Below are positions 57,424-64,000 of a stretch of 64,000 bases of DNA, piece by piece. The translations under genes were made by a program, and so were the position numbers. The stretch is taken from the NCBI GenBank assembly GCA_963664295.1, contig OY760935.1:576001-640000 (forward strand). The letters are read 5' to 3'. The notes below the pieces were generated by a model. It was not told where the DNA came from and did no database searches. It worked only from the letters and a program-made list of their open reading frames with translations. This DNA comes from Candidatus Altimarinota bacterium (GTDB lineage: Bacteria > Patescibacteriota > Gracilibacteria > CAIRYL01 > GCA-016699755). How positions within the stretch are numbered: the stretch's first letter is position 1; each line of letters opens with the position of its first letter.

Positions 57424-59427
57424 ATGCCAACACCAACAACACATGACATTCAGGCTGTTAAGCAAGAAGAAAACAAAAAACCAGAACAAAAAGTAAAGCC
57501 AGAATTAAACACAAAACCAAAAAAAGAGAAAAAATCTCTACTTTCCGGCTTAATGGACACTCTTTTTGGAAAAAATAAGAAAAAAAACAAAAAAACTGAC
57601 AATAAAAACGACCAAGAAGACAAAATACTTGATAAAAAAGAGCCTGAAAAATTAACAGCAGAGGAAATAAAAGCATTAAAAGAAGCAGAAAAACACTATC
57701 GCGACGGAATGGCGACAATTCTTGACTTAATTTCACCAAGTTCCATGCAAGTTGAGTATAATCATGTGAAACTTGGTGATACTTATGTAAAAAGCTTTTT
57801 CGTTTATTCTTATCCTCGTTTTATTGAAGCAAACTGGCTTTCCCCAGTTGTTAATTTTGACGCTACTATGGATATTTCCATGTTTATATATCCAACTGAC
57901 TCAGCAAAAATAATGAAAGTACTTCGTAATAAAGTAGCTCAAATGCAATCTACAATGCATATGTTTCAGGAAAAAGGTATGGTGCGTGATCCAGCGGTTG
58001 AGGCTGCTTTAGAAGACGCAGAAGAACTAAGGGATAAGCTACAAAGAGGACAAGAAAAATTTTTCCAATTTGGACTTTATGTCACTGTTTATGCTGATGA
58101 TTTAGAAAAAATCAAAAAAATACAAACTCACTTAGAATCAATTTTGGGAGGCAAATTAGTATTAACAAAAGCTGCAGACTTACAACAACAGCACGGTTTC
58201 AATTCTTGTGTACCTTTAGCTCTTGATGAACTAGAAATTCACAGAAACATGAACACATCTCCACTTTCTACTGCTTTTCCTTTTACAAGCTCAGAACTAA
58301 CCTCAAATGAAGGTATTTTATATGGTGTTAACCGTCATAATGATTCTTTGGTTATTTTTGACAGATTTTCTCTGGAAAATGCTAATTCTGTAATTTTTGC
58401 AAAATCTGGTGCTGGTAAATCTTATGCAGTTAAGCTGGAAATTCTTCGCTCTATGATGATGAATACAGATGTTATTGTTATAGATCCGGAAAACGAATAT
58501 GAAAAACTTTGTGATGTAGTTGGTGGCACCCATTTAAAAGTATCACTTAATTCAGACAAGCGCATAAATCCATTTGATTTACCCGAACCACTGGAAGACG
58601 AAGTCACAAAACCTGGTGATCTTCTTCGTTCTAATATTATTGCCTTACATGGTCTTTTTAATTTGATGTTAGGAAAATTAAACCCAACAGAAGAAAGCAT
58701 ACTCGATCACGCAATGCTTGATACCTATGCCTTAAAAGGTATAAGCATTGACACAGAAAATCCTGGGGAGCTTGAACCCCCAACAATGGAAGATTTATAT
58801 GATGTACTTTCCACTATGAAAGGCGCTGATTCGCTTGCAGAAAGATTAAAAAAATTCACCAGTGGTACCTATGCAGGCATATTTAACAAAAAAACCAATA
58901 TCAATCTCGATAGTGGCTTGGTTGTTTTTCAAATTCGAGATCTTGAAGAAAGCTTGCGCCCAATTGCCATGTATGTAATCTTAAACTTCATCTGGACAAG
59001 AGTGCGTAGTCAACTAAAAAAACGCATTATGGTTGTTGATGAAGCCTGGAATATTATGCAATACAAAGATAGTGCTCGTTTTATGTATGGACTTGTTAAA
59101 AGAGCTAGAAAATACTGGCTAGGAGTGACCACAATTACCCAAGATGTAGAGGATTTCTTGAAAAGTGAATATGGAAAACCAATTATCACCAATTCATCTT
59201 TGCAATTATTACTAAAACAAGCACCAAGCGCAGTTGATGAACTTGCTAAGGTGTTTAACCTTACTGATGGCGAAAAATATCTCCTGCTTAATTCTGGAAT
59301 TGGTCAGGGTATCTTCTTTGCTGGAATGAAACATGTGGCAATTCAAATAATCGCCTCATATACAGAAGATAAAATAATTACCACTGATCCAGAGGAAATT
59401 ATGAAATCAAAAGAAAACTTACTCTAA
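57424..59427 (+). CDS. VirB4-like (conjugation/T4SS-type) ATPase
   Basis: ENAN...FAKSGAGKSY, IDPENEY, INPFD, VDEAW, KRARKY, ITQD. Confidence 0.85.
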   Translation: MPTPTTHDIQAVKQEENKKPEQKVKPELNTKPKKEKKSLLSGLMDTLFGKNKKKNKKTDNKNDQEDKILDKKEPEKLTAEEIKALKEAEKHYRDGMATILDLISPSSMQVEYNHVKLGDTYVKSFFVYSYPRFIEANWLSPVVNFDATMDISMFIYPTDSAKIMKVLRNKVAQMQSTMHMFQEKGMVRDPAVEAALEDAEELRDKLQRGQEKFFQFGLYVTVYADDLEKIKKIQTHLESILGGKLVLTKAADLQQQHGFNSCVPLALDELEIHRNMNTSPLSTAFPFTSSELTSNEGILYGVNRHNDSLVIFDRFSLENANSVIFAKSGAGKSYAVKLEILRSMMMNTDVIVIDPENEYEKLCDVVGGTHLKVSLNSDKRINPFDLPEPLEDEVTKPGDLLRSNIIALHGLFNLMLGKLNPTEESILDHAMLDTYALKGISIDTENPGELEPPTMEDLYDVLSTMKGADSLAERLKKFTSGTYAGIFNKKTNINLDSGLVVFQIRDLEESLRPIAMYVILNFIWTRVRSQLKKRIMVVDEAWNIMQYKDSARFMYGLVKRARKYWLGVTTITQDVEDFLKSEYGKPIITNSSLQLLLKQAPSAVDELAKVFNLTDGEKYLLLNSGIGQGIFFAGMKHVAIQIIASYTEDKIITTDPEEIMKSKENLL

Positions 59428-59430
59428 AAA

Positions 59431-59691
59431 CTATTTCTTAGTTTTTACTAAGCTTTTTTGGTGTGCAACATAAAGCCCACGAATACTCACCAAAAACCAA
59501 ACAGCATTCAAGGCAACAAAAGGCATAGAGCCTGTGTGAATAGAATATGCAATCAATAAAACACTACCAAAAAAATTTACAGCATTATACTGATAACCAT
59601 CACCAGCCCACCTATTTCGCTGAACCATAAAAAAACCAATTAAAATATTACTCATACCAACCCAGCCAATAATTTCCATAGCTAAATTCAT
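59431..59691 (-). CDS. Small 3-TM membrane protein
   Basis: IGWVG, Y...NF.GS, LN.VW pattern. Confidence 0.75.
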   Translation of the reverse strand: MNLAMEIIGWVGMSNILIGFFMVQRNRWAGDGYQYNAVNFFGSVLLIAYSIHTGSMPFVALNAVWFLVSIRGLYVAHQKSLVKTKK

Positions 59692-60134
59692 GTTTTTGAT
59701 TCAGAAAAAGAAATTTCTACCAAAACTCCCATAATTAACAAAAGACCAGCATCCCACCAATTCAAAACACGAAAATCCTGAAAAACCAGAGCAACAGTGG
59801 CAACAACGGCCAAAATAATCCCCTGCCTTAAAGAATTATTCACAGCAGAACCAATGGAAACAAAAGGCTGAAAAGTCATACGAGTCAAAGTACCCAAGAG
59901 AGTTAGAGTAGTAAAAACAGAAAAGAAAAAAGTAATATAAAAAAACGAAATAGCAAATTGCGGAGAAGAAAAAGGCGAAACTTCATTCAAAATAAGACCC
60001 CAAGCAGTCCAAGATAAAAAAGTAGCCAATAAAAAAACAAATAAAGGCCAACTACTTTTTTTCAAAAAAGGTAAAACCTGCTTTTCTGTTGCATTTGCAT
60101 TTTCTTTTTCCTTGTTTTCTTTTTTTTCGCTCAT
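59688..60134 (-). CDS. 4-TM membrane protein
   Basis: S.RQG and L...R.LNWW motifs. Confidence 0.75.
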   Translation of the reverse strand: MSEKKENKEKENANATEKQVLPFLKKSSWPLFVFLLATFLSWTAWGLILNEVSPFSSPQFAISFFYITFFFSVFTTLTLLGTLTRMTFQPFVSIGSAVNNSLRQGIILAVVATVALVFQDFRVLNWWDAGLLLIMGVLVEISFSESKT

Positions 60135-61276
60135 AAATATTTTTTTTGCAAAACAGGAGCAAGGTCAAGCTGTTCCCAAGAAAAACTTTTCCTGCCAAAA
60201 TGACCTCCTACTGCGGTTTTTTTGAATATTGGTTTTTTTAAATCAAGCTTTTTAATAATTTCCGCTGGTTTTAAAGGAAAATATTCCTGCACTATTTTTT
60301 GCAATTCTAAATTAGAAAATTTAGAAGTACCAAAAGAATTAACATAAACAGAAACTGGCTTGGCAACACCAATAGCATAAGCAATTTGTACTTGGCATTT
60401 TTCCGCCAATCCACCAGCAACAAGATTTTTTGCAATATAACGAGCCACATAAGCACCACTCCGATCAACTTTTGAAGCATCTTTTCCAGAAAAACACCCA
60501 CCACCATGCGCACAAACTCCACCATAAGTATCAACAATAATTTTTCTTCCGGTTAAGCCAGAGTCCGCAACCGGACCACCAAGAGCAAAACTCCCTGCAG
60601 GATTGCATAAAAACTTGGTTTTTTCATCAACCCAATCACCAAGCGAAGGCAAAACAAGCTCTTTCCAGAGAGACTTTTTTAATTCTTCTTGTTTTATCTT
60701 TGGATCATGTTGAGCAGAAACAACAACAGTATCCACTCTTTTTGGCTTTGCACTGCCATTTATATCGCCATTATCATACTCCACAGTCACCTGTGTTTTT
60801 CCGTCAGGTCGCAAAAAAGACAAAATATCTTGTTCACGCACTTTTGCTAATTTCCTAGCCATTTTATTTGCTAAGGTAATTGGCAAAGGCATATATTCTG
60901 GAGTTTCATTTGAAGCATAACCAAACATCATGCCCTGATCCCCTGCTCCTTGTTCTTTTTTACCTACTCCTTTAGCAATTTCTCGACTTTGCTCAGAAAT
61001 TGAAGAAATCACACCACAAGTGCGATAATCAAAACCTAATTCTGAAGAATTATAGCCAATTTTACGAATTACATCACGAGCCACTTTTTCAGTATTACAC
61101 CATGCTTCTGTGCTAATCTCACCAAAAATAAAAACTAAGCCAGATTTAACAGCACACTCCACAGCAACATGAGACTCCGGATCTTTTTCCAATAAATTAT
61201 CAAGAATTGCGTCGGAAATCTGATCGCAAACTTTGTCTGGGTGCCCCTTTGTGACTGATTCTGATGTAAAAAGCAT
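60131..61276 (-). CDS. metK: S-adenosylmethionine synthetase
   Basis: FTSESVT.GHPDK, GAGDQG, GLTGRKIIVDTYGG, SGKD.SKVDRS. Confidence 0.98.
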   Translation of the reverse strand: MLFTSESVTKGHPDKVCDQISDAILDNLLEKDPESHVAVECAVKSGLVFIFGEISTEAWCNTEKVARDVIRKIGYNSSELGFDYRTCGVISSISEQSREIAKGVGKKEQGAGDQGMMFGYASNETPEYMPLPITLANKMARKLAKVREQDILSFLRPDGKTQVTVEYDNGDINGSAKPKRVDTVVVSAQHDPKIKQEELKKSLWKELVLPSLGDWVDEKTKFLCNPAGSFALGGPVADSGLTGRKIIVDTYGGVCAHGGGCFSGKDASKVDRSGAYVARYIAKNLVAGGLAEKCQVQIAYAIGVAKPVSVYVNSFGTSKFSNLELQKIVQEYFPLKPAEIIKKLDLKKPIFKKTAVGGHFGRKSFSWEQLDLAPVLQKKYL

Positions 61277-61352
61277 GATCCAATTTTATAACAGACCATG
61301 CTTTTTGGTAAAGACGAATTAAATTAAAACTTTTTATATTAACAAAGTTATT

Positions 61353-61829
61353 TTAAAACTTTCCTGCTTGTTCATACTGAAACTGAATTAGCAACATAAA
61401 AAAATTACGATAAACAGGATCTTTGTCTTCTAAAAATTGATAAAGTTGATTTATTTTTTTTGCCACATGTTCAAGCAATTTTGCATCATCACAAGCTTTT
61501 AAAGCATCGCGAACACTCGCCCAAGATTTTAATTTCTCTGTAGCATTGAGCAATCTAGCCATAAACTTAAACAAAGGAGAAATAATCTCTTGAGAATAAA
61601 TATCCAATCTATTTTTTTGTGCACCAGCAATTAATTCAAATAAAGACTCAAGCTCATTCATTGCAAAATTTTGCAATTCTTCTATTGCGCTTTCTTCGTC
61701 CATATCAACTAATTTTCCTAAAACAGCGTCAATATTGCCTGCAACATCATTTTGTGCATTTTTTAATGTATCTCCTGATGGAGTTTGCTCTTTTTTTGGT
61801 AAACCAGATGGTTTATCGCTCAACTTCAT
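61353..61829 (-). CDS. Hypothetical protein
   Basis: 158-aa helical ORF. Confidence 0.65.
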   Translation of the reverse strand: MKLSDKPSGLPKKEQTPSGDTLKNAQNDVAGNIDAVLGKLVDMDEESAIEELQNFAMNELESLFELIAGAQKNRLDIYSQEIISPLFKFMARLLNATEKLKSWASVRDALKACDDAKLLEHVAKKINQLYQFLEDKDPVYRNFFMLLIQFQYEQAGKF

Positions 61830-61851
61830 ATTTATTTAATTAAAATTAAAA

Positions 61852-62403
61852 TTACCAATTCCAACTACCACTGCTTGGAGCATAGTTATATGGATCTCTA
61901 GGCAGAGGCATTCTATCTTGTTCTAACATTTTGTCAACTTGTGCTCTTTTAGCTTCTGCTGATTCTCTTTGGTCAATTCCATTAACAACTGGTCTATCTA
62001 AAAAAGCCTTTTGCTTAGATGGTTTTCCTTTGTTTGGATTTGGATTTCTGTGTTTAGGCTCAAAATTTGTATCACTTATAACACGATCTACTTCTCGCAT
62101 AAAATGAGCCAAAGAAAATTGAAAACCATCAGGTAACTCAATTTGACCAAACATAGTCACTTGATTTTTAAGAATTCCTAATTCTTTTGCTCTTTTGCGA
62201 TTATCCATACGACCTAAAATTGTATTATTGATTTTATCTATCATGCCTTTTAGCTCTTTTGCAACATCTTGCTGTAAATCTGTTAGCTCACTATCATCAA
62301 CAAGCCTAACTTCACCATACTTAATTTGTACTTTTGCATACACTTCTTCTCGTGCTTGCATTTTTGCTGTGCGTTGATTTATTTCTGATTGATTTAGTCC
62401 CAT
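61852..62403 (-). CDS. Hypothetical protein
   Basis: 183-aa ORF with upstream TTGACA-16-TAAAAT (62437-62464). Confidence 0.65.
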   Translation of the reverse strand: MGLNQSEINQRTAKMQAREEVYAKVQIKYGEVRLVDDSELTDLQQDVAKELKGMIDKINNTILGRMDNRKRAKELGILKNQVTMFGQIELPDGFQFSLAHFMREVDRVISDTNFEPKHRNPNPNKGKPSKQKAFLDRPVVNGIDQRESAEAKRAQVDKMLEQDRMPLPRDPYNYAPSSGSWNW

Positions 62404-62478
62404 ATTTTTATTAGTTAAATTTAAAAAAAGGAAAATATTTTATTCCAATTTTGGATTATGTCAAGACCAAAATTAATT

Positions 62479-63810
62479 TTAGAGGTTTTTCACTGCTTTT
62501 ATAAAATCATCTCCTTGCTCTTTATAGTCTTTCCAAAGGGAAAAACTAGCACTAGCAGTAGAAAGCAAAACAACTGTGCCTCTTGGTGCCTCTTGAGCAG
62601 AAAAACGCACTGCCGAGAGCATATTTTTTGCAAAAAATATCTTTGGTTTATAGTCTTTTTCTTTAATTTTTTTAATTTCTTTCCAAATTTTTTTACCATT
62701 TTTTGGAAAAAACACCAAAACCGGCACTTTAATTTTAATTATTTTCTGCGCTAATTCCTTGAAATCCAGCCCCCTATCATGCCCACCAAGAAAAATTGCA
62801 CCCATATTATCACTAAATACTTCCAAAGCAGCTATTGTCGAATCTGGGGTTGTAGAAATCGCATCATCCCAATATTCTATTCCTTTTTTTTGTGCAATAA
62901 AATTAAGCCTATGTGGAAGCGGACGCATTTTGTTTAAACCTTTTTCTATATTTTCATTACTTATTTCCAATGATTTTGCCACATAAACTGAGGCCAATAA
63001 ATTTTGTAAATTATGATGACCAAGTAATTTAATATCTTTTATTGAAGCCACTTCTTTTTTTTCAAATTCAAAATGTTCACCCCTGACCATGCCAAATCGC
63101 AATATTTTTGATTTTGGACGAAAAGACAACTTAAAACCATCAGGAATAATAGCAATATCCTCTTTTTTTTGGTTTTTAAAAATATTCATCTTAGCATTAA
63201 GGTAATTATCAAAACCACCATGATAATCCAAATGCTCAGGAAAAAATGAGGTTAAAACCGCTATGTCCGGAGAATACGGAAAATGCTCCAGTTGATAACT
63301 AGAAAGCTCAACAACATAATAAGTACTTTTTTTTATTGCTGTTTTGCGAGTGTTTAACTCGTTTAATACTGGATTGCCAATATTGCCAATTATTTTTACA
63401 TTTTTACCTGCTGTTTTAAGAATTTTATAAATTGCTGTGGTGGTTGTTGATTTACCTTTACTTCCCGTTATTCCTATTATCTTCCCCTTGGCATTGGCAA
63501 AAAAAATCTCCATTGCTGAGCTTATTCTGCTTGCTTTTTCTAAGCCTTTTGTTGTCGGCTTTATCCCTGGGCTTTTAATCACCAAATCAAACTCTTCAAT
63601 ATTTTTTAAATAATTTCTGCCTAAATTTGCTTTATAGCCAGTTTTTTTAAGAGCTTCTTTTGCCTCTTTGCTTAATTCTTTGGTTTTTTTAATATCTGCG
63701 ACCTCAACTTTCTTTGCTTTTATTTTTTTCAAAAAACTAAGCACAGAAACTCCCTCCACACCTAAACCAATAACTAATATTTTTTTGTCTTTTAATTTTT
63801 CTATTTTCAT
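62479..63810 (-). CDS. murD: UDP-MurNAc-L-Ala--Glu ligase (MurD, possibly L-Glu-adding MurD2)
   Basis: GLG.EG, KSPG, ITGSKGKSTT, GNIG, ELSSYQ, EHLD.H, HRL, DD.ISTTP. Confidence 0.9.
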   Translation of the reverse strand: MKIEKLKDKKILVIGLGVEGVSVLSFLKKIKAKKVEVADIKKTKELSKEAKEALKKTGYKANLGRNYLKNIEEFDLVIKSPGIKPTTKGLEKASRISSAMEIFFANAKGKIIGITGSKGKSTTTTAIYKILKTAGKNVKIIGNIGNPVLNELNTRKTAIKKSTYYVVELSSYQLEHFPYSPDIAVLTSFFPEHLDYHGGFDNYLNAKMNIFKNQKKEDIAIIPDGFKLSFRPKSKILRFGMVRGEHFEFEKKEVASIKDIKLLGHHNLQNLLASVYVAKSLEISNENIEKGLNKMRPLPHRLNFIAQKKGIEYWDDAISTTPDSTIAALEVFSDNMGAIFLGGHDRGLDFKELAQKIIKIKVPVLVFFPKNGKKIWKEIKKIKEKDYKPKIFFAKNMLSAVRFSAQEAPRGTVVLLSTASASFSLWKDYKEQGDDFIKAVKNL

Positions 63811-64000
63811 TTATTCAATAAGAGATAAAAATTCCTCTGGAATATTGTGCTCTGCGCGTTCATTTAATATCTGATCCAAATCCACAAATGGCAAATCTGC
63901 TTTTATAAAATCCTGCAAAACCACCTCGTCTTCTGTTGGTTCTTGTAATTTTATTGCTTTCTGCAAACAAGCTTGCACTTCTTTTTTTGTGCCTACACAT
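63811..64000 (-). CDS. C-terminal fragment resembling MurL epimerase (5'-truncated)
   Basis: Manual translation CVGTKKEVQACL...HNIPEEFLSLIE*; resembles the MurL (KPF)ECVG..E tail; abuts murD. Confidence 0.5.
   Translation of the reverse strand, partial: CVGTKKEVQACLQKAIKLQEPTEDEVVLQDFIKADLPFVDLDQILNERAEHNIPEEFLSLIE

Noticed and set aside
57424-59427. Integrative conjugative element
   Set aside because: No relaxase, coupling protein, integrase or att sites adjacent; flanked by housekeeping genes.
175-63874. Numerous short antisense or nested ORFs in the ORF track
   Set aside because: Shadows of confident genes on the opposite strand or frame, with no motifs.
1-64000. Alternative genetic code 25 (UGA=Gly) as in Gracilibacteria/Absconditabacteria
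   Set aside because: Conserved genes are full length under code 11, and TGA ends genes in ATGA overlaps (e.g. 7178, 22678, 37940).

Overview
AT-rich bacterial chromosome segment, most consistent with a Patescibacteria (CPR) genome of the Peregrinibacteria type. The basis is inference: no rpmD in the spc operon, a chromosomal VirB4-like ATPase and VirB6-like membrane protein, many ORFans, and TGA used as a stop (code 11). It is mostly housekeeping: a fragmented S10/spc ribosomal cluster, secY-adk, rplJL, gyrA, clpC, hisS, gap, prs, metK, rnj, ndk, dcd, pyrE/pyrK, dapA/dapB/lysA, murD(2)/murL and four tRNAs (Tyr, Thr, Ser, Trp), plus a low-GC restriction-modification pair next to tRNA-Tyr. The most interesting signal is a family of TGTC-tagged palindromic repeats with compensatory stem changes. 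They form three dense intergenic arrays and also bracket, as 31-bp inverted ends, a stand-alone 95-aa GIY-YIG nuclease gene. This suggests a REP/REPIN-like system served by a GIY-YIG nuclease instead of a RAYT transposase. Also notable are tRNA-derived duplications at tRNA-Tyr and tRNA-Ser, and a GC-rich repeat-protein cassette with a structured leader.
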